DNA from: Thermoplasmata archaeon
Lineage (GTDB): Archaea; Thermoplasmatota; SW-10-69-26; JACQPN01; JAJPHT01
DNA length: 64,000 nt
NCBI GenBank assembly: GCA_034667685.1
Contig: JAXDQU010000011.1
Span: forward strand, 1 to 64,000
Direction: 5' to 3'
Below are positions 56,644 through 64,000 of the stretch, piece after piece. Position numbers and translations under genes: made by a program. Under the pieces are notes generated by a model. It made no database searches and was not told the DNA's origin. It saw only the letters and a program-made list of their open reading frames with translations. Within the stretch, counting starts at the first letter, position 1, and every line of letters starts with the position of its first letter.

Positions 56644-58533
56644 GTGAAGCTCCTGTTCCTTCACAGCGATTTCATCGAGTTCGAGGCCAAGAAGCCGGCC
56701 CTCCGGAATCCGCCTCCGCTCGCGGACGCCGAGAAGGCGGCGCGCGTCGAGGACGCGCTCGTCATGATGTACAGCGTCGAGAAGAGCGACGAGGACAAGA
56801 TCGACGGCGCGGTGGCCGCGGCGCTCGCGAACCTCAAGGACGTCGCGGGGCAGGTCAAGGCCGAGAAGGTCGTGCTCTACCCGTACGCGCACCTGAGCAA
56901 CAGCCTCGCGGCGCCGGCGAAGGCGCAGCTCGCGGGCGAGAAGCTGAAGAAGGCCGCCGCGGAAGCGGGCTATCAGGTCACGAGCGCCCCCTTCGGCTGG
57001 TACAAGATGTTCAACGTGAAGGTCAAGGGGCACCCGCTCTCGGAGCTTTCGCGCTCGATCGGCGCCGAGGAGGTCAAGGCCGCGGCGGAGGCCAAGCCCG
57101 AGGGCGACGCGCGCGAGTCGGAGGCGCTCAAGAAGGAGAAGAAGCTCGTCTCCACGTGGTACGTGCTCACGCCCGAGGGCGTGCTGACGAAGGCGAGCGA
57201 GTTCGACTTCTCGCCCTACCCGGAGCTTGCGGCGTTCCACAAGCACGAGACGCAGGGCACGCGCGCCGCCGGCCAGGAGCCGCCGCACGTGCGCATGATG
57301 AAGGAGATGGAGCTCGTCGACTACGAGCCCGGCTCCGACCCCGGCAACTTCCGCTGGTATCCGAAGGGCTCGCTCATCAAGCGTCTCCTGGAGACGCGCG
57401 TCTCGGACATCGTCGCCGACGCGGGCGGCATGCGCGTCGAGACGCCGATCATGTACGACTACGAGCACCCGGCGCTCTCGAAGTACCTCAACCGCTTCCC
57501 GGCGCGCCAGTACGTGCTCAAGAGCGAGGACAAGGAGTTCTTCCTGAGGTTCGCGGCCTGCTTCGGCCAGTACCTCATCATGCACGACACGACGATGAGC
57601 TATCGTCACCTGCCGCTGCGCGTCTACGAGCTGACGCACTACTCCTTCAGGCGCGAGCAGACCGGCGAGCTCTCCGGCCTCCGGCGCCTGCGCACGTTCA
57701 CCATGCCCGACATGCACACCGTCGTGGCGGACATGGAGCAGGCCAAGGTCGAGTTCCTGAACCACTTCAAGCTGAGCATGCAGTGGATGGACGACATCAA
57801 CGTCCCGTTCAACGCGGGCGTGCGCTTCGTCAAGAGCTTCTTCGACGAGAACCGCGACTTCGCCGTCGGTCTCGCGAAGCTGCTCGGGCGCCCCATCCTC
57901 ATCGAGATGTGGGACGAGCGCTTCTTCTACTTCGTCATGAAGTTCGAGTTCAACGTCGTCGACACGCAGGGCAAGGCCGCCGCCCTCTCCACGGTGCAGA
58001 TCGACGTCGAGAACGGCGAGCGCTTCGACATCCAGTACGTGGACGCCGAGGGCCAGCGCAAGCACCCGCTCATCCTGCACACGAGCCTCTCGGGCAGCAT
58101 CGACCGCAACATGTACGCGCTGCTGGAGACCGAGGCGCGCCGCATCAACGCGGGGCAGAAGGGGCAGCTTCCCTTCTGGCTGAGCCCGACGCAGGTGCGC
58201 TTCCTCCCGGTGAGCGACCAGTACGCGCCCGCGTGCGTCGACATGGCGCAGAAGCTATCGTTCCTCGGCTTCCGGGCCGACGTGGACGACCGCGACCAGG
58301 GCGTGGGCCGCAAGATCCGCGATGCCGAGAAGGAGTGGGTCCCCATCACCGTGGTGTACGGCGAGAAGGAGGCCGCGGCCGGCAAGCTCCCCGCGCGCAT
58401 GCGCACGGGCGAGAGCAAGGAGGTCAGCTTCGACGAGCTGGCCCACCTCGCCCGCGACATGCAGGGGCACCGCCCCGCGGCGAAGCTGCCGGTCCCGATG
58501 CGGATGAGTCTCAGGCCCATCTTCCACGGGTAG
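56644..58533 (+). CDS. thrS: Threonine--tRNA ligase, archaeal type
   Basis: Archaeal editing domain YPYAHLS/APFGWYK/GHPLSELSR; LRFAACFGQ, FRREQ.GE, FTMPDMH. Confidence 0.97.
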   Translation: MKLLFLHSDFIEFEAKKPALRNPPPLADAEKAARVEDALVMMYSVEKSDEDKIDGAVAAALANLKDVAGQVKAEKVVLYPYAHLSNSLAAPAKAQLAGEKLKKAAAEAGYQVTSAPFGWYKMFNVKVKGHPLSELSRSIGAEEVKAAAEAKPEGDARESEALKKEKKLVSTWYVLTPEGVLTKASEFDFSPYPELAAFHKHETQGTRAAGQEPPHVRMMKEMELVDYEPGSDPGNFRWYPKGSLIKRLLETRVSDIVADAGGMRVETPIMYDYEHPALSKYLNRFPARQYVLKSEDKEFFLRFAACFGQYLIMHDTTMSYRHLPLRVYELTHYSFRREQTGELSGLRRLRTFTMPDMHTVVADMEQAKVEFLNHFKLSMQWMDDINVPFNAGVRFVKSFFDENRDFAVGLAKLLGRPILIEMWDERFFYFVMKFEFNVVDTQGKAAALSTVQIDVENGERFDIQYVDAEGQRKHPLILHTSLSGSIDRNMYALLETEARRINAGQKGQLPFWLSPTQVRFLPVSDQYAPACVDMAQKLSFLGFRADVDDRDQGVGRKIRDAEKEWVPITVVYGEKEAAAGKLPARMRTGESKEVSFDELAHLARDMQGHRPAAKLPVPMRMSLRPIFHG

Positions 58534-58534
58534 C

Positions 58535-58972
58535 TCAGTGCATGTTGCGGAGGAACTTGTTGTCCTCGTCGAAGCCGCTGTCGAAGAACTCGTTGGCGAG
58601 CTTCTTCAGCGTGGCCTCGTCGTGGACGCCCTCGACCTTCCACTCGGCAACGGTGACGACGCGCGTCTTGTTGCCCTCGGGCAGGTAGACCGAGGTGAAC
58701 CAGGTGCCCTTCATGGGGCCCTCGACCATCTCGACGCTCTGCGTGTGGGGCGGCTTCACGGTGAAGCGCCACTTGTGGTTGACGTGCGAGCGCCCGTCGT
58801 TGCCCAGCGTCACGACGTCCGCGAGGACGGAGCCGTCGGGCTGCGGCTTGCTCGCCATCGAGACGATGCTGCCGTGGATCTTGTTCTTCGGATCGTTGTG
58901 CGCCTGGATGAGCTTCCAGACCTTGTCGACGGGGCCGTCGAACGTTCCGTCGTCGCTGTAGTATCGAACCAT
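58535..58972 (-). CDS. SRPBCC-like protein
   Basis: FDGPVDKVWK..EGPMKG..C-terminal FDED helix. Confidence 0.6.
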   Translation of the reverse strand: MVRYYSDDGTFDGPVDKVWKLIQAHNDPKNKIHGSIVSMASKPQPDGSVLADVVTLGNDGRSHVNHKWRFTVKPPHTQSVEMVEGPMKGTWFTSVYLPEGNKTRVVTVAEWKVEGVHDEATLKKLANEFFDSGFDEDNKFLRNMH

Positions 58973-59038
58973 GGAGTTACCTGGGGACCCCCAGGCGCTG
59001 CGTAGGTAAGTACGCGACCCTCCGAGCGATCCGCGCGC

Positions 59039-59437
59039 TCAACGGCGGCGCTTGCCAGCTTCGCGCGACAGCACGCTCGCGATCTTCTGGATCCTCCGAA
59101 GCGTGCCGGGCACCATCGGGAACTCGGCGCGGTGCGGGCAATCCTCGTCGCGCACGAGCTTGCCGTCCTCGGTCATGACCCACGGGTAGATGCGGCACCC
59201 GACGGGGCGGTCGGCGTAGACGCTGCACCGCTCGTCCTTCAGGAAGAAGCAGGCGCCCTCCACGTTGGCGAGGTAGAGCCCGCGGTCCGCGGGATCGACG
59301 CGCGAGAAGGCGGCGCGATCGTGGCCGAGCGCGGCGAGGCGCGCGGCGTCCTCCTCCGTGATCGGCATCTCGGTATCGTGGCAGCACGCCGCGCAGCCGT
59401 GCTTGCTGCAGACGTCGTTCAGGACGGGGAGGCTCAT
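59039..59437 (-). CDS. YkgJ family cysteine-cluster protein
   Basis: C..CAACC, CFFL, CSVYADRPVGCRIYP. Confidence 0.88.
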   Translation of the reverse strand: MSLPVLNDVCSKHGCAACCHDTEMPITEEDAARLAALGHDRAAFSRVDPADRGLYLANVEGACFFLKDERCSVYADRPVGCRIYPWVMTEDGKLVRDEDCPHRAEFPMVPGTLRRIQKIASVLSREAGKRRR

Positions 59438-59922
59438 CGGTCTCTCGCCAGCGTGATGCCCGTCTGTCCCTGGTAATTCCCGCTTCGCTCGTGGTACAAT
59501 GCCAACGGCGGCGTCTCCAGGCGCTCGAAGACGAGCTGGCAGAAGCGATCGCCGATCGGGACCTCCAACGGCTGCCGCGAGGCGTTGAAGCCGCCCACGG
59601 TCAGCGTGCCCTCGAAGCCCGCCTCGACCTTGCCGAACGAGCCGAAGACGCCGCGCCGCGCGTAGCTGCTGCGCAGCCAGAGCGAGCCGCACACGTCGTT
59701 GGGCATGCGCACGCGCTCCATCGTCGAGACGAGGAACCGGGCCCCGGCGGGCACCACGGCCTTCCCCTCGCGCACCACCTCGCTCCCCTCGTCGGGCAGC
59801 AGGACCTCCGCGACCCGAAGGTCGTAGCCGTTGGGCGTCAGGCTGCGCGCCGCGAACGGCTCCAGGCCCAGGCTCCCGCGCGCCAGGAGGCGGTCGATGT
59901 CGCGGTCCGAGAGGACGCTCAT
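59434..59922 (-). CDS. dcd: dCTP deaminase
   Basis: LSDRDI, PNGYDLR, RSSYARRG, VEAGFEGTLT, YQGQ. Confidence 0.88.
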   Translation of the reverse strand: MSVLSDRDIDRLLARGSLGLEPFAARSLTPNGYDLRVAEVLLPDEGSEVVREGKAVVPAGARFLVSTMERVRMPNDVCGSLWLRSSYARRGVFGSFGKVEAGFEGTLTVGGFNASRQPLEVPIGDRFCQLVFERLETPPLALYHERSGNYQGQTGITLARDR

Positions 59923-59985
59923 GCCGCGCGCAGGCCCACGCCCCGAGATAGATTCATCTGCGCCCGCTCGATTGGCGCGGCACCG

Positions 59986-60060
59986 GGGCCTGTAGCCTAG
60001 CCCGGATAAGGCGGCAGCCTTCGGAGCTGTTTGTCTTGGGTTCGAATCCCAACAGGCCCG
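59986..60060 (+). tRNA. tRNA-Arg(TCG)
   Basis: GGGCCTG/CAGGCCC stem, GCAGC-CT-TCG-GA-GCTGT, GTTCGAATC. Confidence 0.93.
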
Positions 60061-60065
60061 CTAAT

Positions 60066-60091
60066 GGGGGGTCTGGGGGCGCAGCCCCCAG
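60066..60091 (+). repeat. G/C hairpin motif copy directly after the tRNA
   Basis: ggggggtctgggggcgcagcccccag. Confidence 0.55.
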
Positions 60092-60305
60092 CGGCAAGCT
60101 CCCCGCCAATCCCAATGATATCTTCTCCGCAACGAGGCGGCCGGCCAGCCGAGCCACCACCCCCCGGGGGTAGCAGCAGGCCGGGTGCACGCGCGAGGTG
60201 TTGATGCCTCGCCGTGTCATGGCATGGTGAGGGCGCGGGGATGGTACCCCGCTGGGTCGGTGCGGTTACGACCCGGCAAGCCATCCTCGCCCTGCCCTCT
60301 TCTTC

Positions 60306-60803
60306 TCAGGAATCGGATTCTGGCTTGGGGCCATCCTGCACGGGCACGCGGAAGGGGCGCTCGCTGTCGCGGACGGCGTCGGCCCACGCAGCCGGGCCCT
60401 CGCCGGCGCGCTGCGCGTCGCGCATGGCCTTGAGCGCGGCGGCCAGGACGCGGTCGGCCTGCTCGGCGCTCTCTGGCGCATCGACGCAGGGCACGCCCTC
60501 GAAGACGACGCAGGCGAGGCGCTCGCGCAGCGTCTCGTCGAGCAGGTAGAACCCGTAGCGACCCGGCCGGGGCTCCCACGTGATCGAGACGCAGGCCGAG
60601 CCGCACGCGGCCTCGACCCAGACGCGCACCTCGACCTCGGTCTGCGCCGTGTCGCGCTGGAGGTCGAGGAACTGGGCGCCGCGCAGCAGCACGTCGGCCT
60701 TCTCGGCGATGGCGCGCGCGTAGTCGTCCCGGGTGGTCGCGTCGAGGCTCTCGATCCAATCCAGCCGGAACGGGGCGGCGGTGCGCGCGTCGAACGCCTT
60801 CAT
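60306..60803 (-). CDS. Hypothetical protein
   Basis: 165-aa ORF with plausible composition; no family recognised. Confidence 0.55.
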   Translation of the reverse strand: MKAFDARTAAPFRLDWIESLDATTRDDYARAIAEKADVLLRGAQFLDLQRDTAQTEVEVRVWVEAACGSACVSITWEPRPGRYGFYLLDETLRERLACVVFEGVPCVDAPESAEQADRVLAAALKAMRDAQRAGEGPAAWADAVRDSERPFRVPVQDGPKPESDS

Positions 60804-60881
60804 GCCCCCACGTAGGCGCAGGGCATGCCTACCTTTGGCGCGAGGGCCGCGGCGACGGTCGCGCCAGCCTTAAGCACGAGA

Positions 60882-62030
60882 TCAGGGCCCGATCGGGGGC
60901 AGCTCGGGGTGCGCCGCGTCGTAGGCGACCACCTGGAGCTTGTACTGGACCTGCGCGTCGGAGCAGATCCCGCACTGGCCGAGCTGGCCGGAGGGGTCGC
61001 TCGTCGCGATCTGCAGGTCGAAGCGCCACTGGCTCTGCTTGTCGTACGGGCTGTCCGTCTGCTGCATCTTGACGGGCCAGCTGAACTGGAAGACGCCCTT
61101 GGCGAAGTCGCTGTGCGTGACGTTCGCGCGGCGGAAGTTGGAGCTGTCCGCCGTCTTGTAGAGGAACGAGATGTTGCGCACCTGGCCGAACTGCGCGGTG
61201 GCGTCGGTGATGGTGACGTTGGCCGTCATCCACATCGTCTCCATCGGGACGACCTTGGCCGCCTGCACGCCTTCCGGAGGCGAGTCGCCGTTGTTGGTCG
61301 CGCGGTCGACGATGGCGCTCTCGGCGCCCTGGTGGCTGCTCGTCGCCTGCCCGTCGAAGAGGACGAGCGTGTGCGCGCCGCCGAAGAGGTCGCCGTGCGC
61401 GGGCCAGAGGCTGATGTCGCGCATGCGGACGATGTCGACGCGGAAGTGCAGCGCGCCCTCGATGACGCCGCCCTGTGCGGGCATGAGCTGGAACACCCAG
61501 CGGCTCGTCTTGCTGTGCGGCATGTCCGTCATGTCGGGCGTGATCTCGAGCGGCAGCGGCGCGCCCGAGGTGAGCGGCTTGGGCTGCGACCAGTCGGAGC
61601 TGGCGGCGCTGCGGTAACGCACGGTGACGCTGGAGACCGTGGGCGAGCTCCACGTCGCGGTGATCTCCATCTTGCCCGTGCCCTCGAAGACCATCACGTT
61701 GTCGGGCGGGCGCACGGTGGTGCCGCCCACGGCCGGGTCCTGGTAGCGGAACGTGTTCGTGAACGTCTGCGCGAGCGCGTCCTGCGGCTGGATGTTGAGG
61801 TCCTGGTCGACGAGCGTGATGCGCTCCTTGCCGTTCCAGTAGTCGTGCATGTGCGCGACCTGGCCCATGTCGCCGCTCGCGTTGGCCGAGTTGCCCGTGT
61901 CGATGGCGACCTTGGACGTGTTGGTGGCGTTGATGGCCGCGGGCTTCGCGGGCGCATCCTTGCCACCGAGACATCCGGCGAGGCCTCCCGTGAGGAAGAG
62001 GGCCGCGACCAGAACGAGGGCGAGACGCAT
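60882..62030 (-). CDS. Lipoprotein of unknown function
   Basis: LAGC lipobox, HMHDYW motif, beta-rich; TATA-like cttatataaag upstream. Confidence 0.75.
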   Translation of the reverse strand: MRLALVLVAALFLTGGLAGCLGGKDAPAKPAAINATNTSKVAIDTGNSANASGDMGQVAHMHDYWNGKERITLVDQDLNIQPQDALAQTFTNTFRYQDPAVGGTTVRPPDNVMVFEGTGKMEITATWSSPTVSSVTVRYRSAASSDWSQPKPLTSGAPLPLEITPDMTDMPHSKTSRWVFQLMPAQGGVIEGALHFRVDIVRMRDISLWPAHGDLFGGAHTLVLFDGQATSSHQGAESAIVDRATNNGDSPPEGVQAAKVVPMETMWMTANVTITDATAQFGQVRNISFLYKTADSSNFRRANVTHSDFAKGVFQFSWPVKMQQTDSPYDKQSQWRFDLQIATSDPSGQLGQCGICSDAQVQYKLQVVAYDAAHPELPPIGP

Positions 62031-62142
62031 GACGATCAAGCGGCACCCTGGCTCCGGCTTATATAAAGCGTGTGGAGCCCTTGTTGTCATGCCCGGGGCG
62101 GGCGGCACGCTTTTCAGGCGGCTGCGGGCTGCGCGCATCGCG

Positions 62143-62217
62143 GGACCCGTAGCCTAGCCCGGATATGGCGCAGGCCTCCTAAGCCTGAGACCGCGAGTTC
62201 GAATCTCGCCGGGTCCG
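62143..62217 (+). tRNA. tRNA-Arg(CCT)
   Basis: GGACCCG/CGGGTCC stem, CAGGC-CT-CCT-AA-GCCTG, GTTCGAATC. Confidence 0.93.
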
Positions 62218-62286
62218 CTCGCTTCGGTCGCAGCCCCGGCTCGACCCTCGGCGCTGCGGCGCCTGCGGATCTCGCCGGGTCCACTC
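62200..62286 (+). repeat. Direct repeat of the tRNA 3' end
   Basis: 62200-62220 vs 62266-62286, 19/21 identical. Confidence 0.75.
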
Positions 62287-62289
62287 AGA

Positions 62290-62583
62290 CTATCTCCAGC
62301 CCCAGAAATGCCGCGCTGCCTGCTCGCGCGCCTGGACGCGGGTCGCCATGTGGGGGCGCGAGCGGGGCGTCCATCCCGCGGGGCCTTCCATCACGTCGCC
62401 GCGCTCGCGCAGGCGCGCCAGGGCGGGGGCGACCTCTTGCGGAGCGAGGCCCAGGCGCGCGGCTTCGTCCTCGACGTCGGGGAGGCTCGCGCGGCCGTGC
62501 CTGGCGAGGGCGAGCTGGAGCGCGATGCGCGCGAGGCGGTTGGCCCGGCCTTCGGCGAGCAGGCCCGTGGGCGCGGCGTCCAT
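62290..62583 (-). CDS. Small winged-helix-like protein
   Basis: V..EAARLGL...EV..ALARLRERGDV.E pattern. Confidence 0.5.
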   Translation of the reverse strand: MDAAPTGLLAEGRANRLARIALQLALARHGRASLPDVEDEAARLGLAPQEVAPALARLRERGDVMEGPAGWTPRSRPHMATRVQAREQAARHFWGWR

Positions 62584-62688
62584 CGGCGGCCCGCGGGCGT
62601 TTCCGTCCCAAAGTCCCTTCTGAAACGGCTCCCGGAGCGCGGACGCTGAGACACGTTCAAGCGCCGCGCCGTCGAGCGGCTTACGGCC

Positions 62689-63747
62689 ATGGCGACGGCG
62701 CCGCTCCCGGCACGCCAACCTTCGGCCCCTCTCCAGCCGGGGCCAGCACCTCCAGGGACGGTGCTGGCTCGCTGGCACTACGTGGACGATCGCCGCACGC
62801 ACGAGGTGCACGCCGGCTTCCGCCAGCAGCCCCGGCCGGAGTTCGTCGTGCGCGAGATGGTGCACGGGAGCCAGGATCCCGCGCAGGCGGTCGAGACCAT
62901 CCATCCGATCGCGGCGGCGTGGGAGGCCAAGCTGCACCACATGGAGCTGGAGGCGCGCCTCGCGATGCTGGGCACGTACTGGCGCTTCGACGCGCAGCAG
63001 CCCGCGGCCGGCTGGACGCGCGTGAAATCGCTCCTCGCCGCGGCCGACCTGCGCCCCGTGCAGGAGACGCTGGTCCCGGGCGAGATGAAGTTCTATCATT
63101 TCCACCACCGCGTGACGCGCGAGGACGCCGTGCTCCTGGAGATCGCGACCACCGGCCCGGATGGCCCGCGCACGATGCTCGCGCGCATGGACTTCCGCTG
63201 GCCCGACGCCACGCAGGGCGAGATCCGCATCCTCGCGCGCGACGCGGCCGCGCCCCTCGCCCGCAGCCTGCTCGCGCGCGAGCACCTGGCGCTGCGCTCC
63301 CGCGGCTACGAGAAGCTCCTCTTCACGCAGGACTTCCTGCGCGCGCACAGCTACGGGTGGCGCCGGGACACGCTGCAAAGCTATCAGGCGATGCTCCGCC
63401 GCATCAGCGAGGGCCGGCTCGATCGTCCCAGGCCGGGCGACCGGCCCCCGCCGCCGGTCGACAGCACCTACACGGATTTCCTGCGCTCGCTCACGGACCC
63501 GCGCGTCGTGGCGCTCCACGCCCGCTTCCTGGCGCCCGGCGAGGAGGCCGAGCTGATGCGCGAGGGCGACCTCGCCATCAAGCGCGCGATCCAGCGCAAG
63601 CGCGTGAGCGCCCTGCGCGAGGACCAGCTCATGCTCAACGTGCTCGAGGCGAGCCTCCTCGCGCGCTGGGGCCTGCGTCCGGGGCAGCGCGCCGAGGTCG
63701 ATCCGGAAGTCGCGGCGATGGTGCGGCGCTTCGCGTATTATCTCTGA
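62689..63747 (+). CDS. Hypothetical protein
   Basis: 352-aa ORF with high-GC3 codons; no family recognised. Confidence 0.65.
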   Translation: MATAPLPARQPSAPLQPGPAPPGTVLARWHYVDDRRTHEVHAGFRQQPRPEFVVREMVHGSQDPAQAVETIHPIAAAWEAKLHHMELEARLAMLGTYWRFDAQQPAAGWTRVKSLLAAADLRPVQETLVPGEMKFYHFHHRVTREDAVLLEIATTGPDGPRTMLARMDFRWPDATQGEIRILARDAAAPLARSLLAREHLALRSRGYEKLLFTQDFLRAHSYGWRRDTLQSYQAMLRRISEGRLDRPRPGDRPPPPVDSTYTDFLRSLTDPRVVALHARFLAPGEEAELMREGDLAIKRAIQRKRVSALREDQLMLNVLEASLLARWGLRPGQRAEVDPEVAAMVRRFAYYL

Positions 63748-64000
63748 CCGGCGCCCAGGCGCGCCTGCCCGTCCGCTTCGACGTTCTCCTCGCGCCCGAT
63801 GCGCTGCACGCGCGCCTTGACGCCGCGCTGCCCAAGACGCGCGAGCGCCTGCCGGCACGCCGCGCGCGCCTCGGCCGCCTCGCCGCTCATCGCGGGCCTG
63901 CGTGACGCGAGCCCCTTCGCCACGAGCGCGCTGTCGGTGCGCAGCTCCAGCGCGTCGCCTGGCGCGAGGGCGGCCTCGGCCCATGATAGCGCCTCGCGGA
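63738..64000 (-). CDS. rnhA: Ribonuclease HI-like protein, 3' part (5' end outside window)
   Basis: TDSALVA and REENVEAD motifs. Confidence 0.75.
   Translation of the reverse strand, partial: REALSWAEAALAPGDALELRTDSALVAKGLASRRPAMSGEAAEARAACRQALARLGQRGVKARVQRIGREENVEADGQARLGAGQR

Overview
High-GC archaeal chromosomal segment. Archaeal-type AlaRS and ThrRS, SUI1/aIF1, a UPF0058 protein, an HTH-ThiN regulator, TATA-like promoters and CCA-less tRNAs support an archaeon; a Thermoplasmatota-like lineage is my inference, not a database result. Housekeeping genes (alaS, ilvE, thrS, glnA, dcd, Pit/DUF47, an Sdh1-type succinate dehydrogenase operon, three tRNA-Arg genes) are interleaved with accessory material: four toxin modules (Fic, RelE-type, HicAB, DUF4258-like), a sugar catabolism cluster, secreted proteins and lipoproteins, a GxxExxY gene bracketed by 23-bp inverted repeats, and several REP/MITE-like hairpins. 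The most striking feature is a module present three times at 38.8-47.8 kb. Each copy has a receptor-like protein (signal peptide, ~350-aa divergent ectodomain with a conserved CxxxC, one TM helix, tandem winged-HTH) next to a different small secreted Cys/Pro-rich protein, and the small genes share an upstream motif. This is a candidate archaeal transmembrane receptor/secreted-ligand signalling system. All family calls come from motif recognition by eye; no searches were run.
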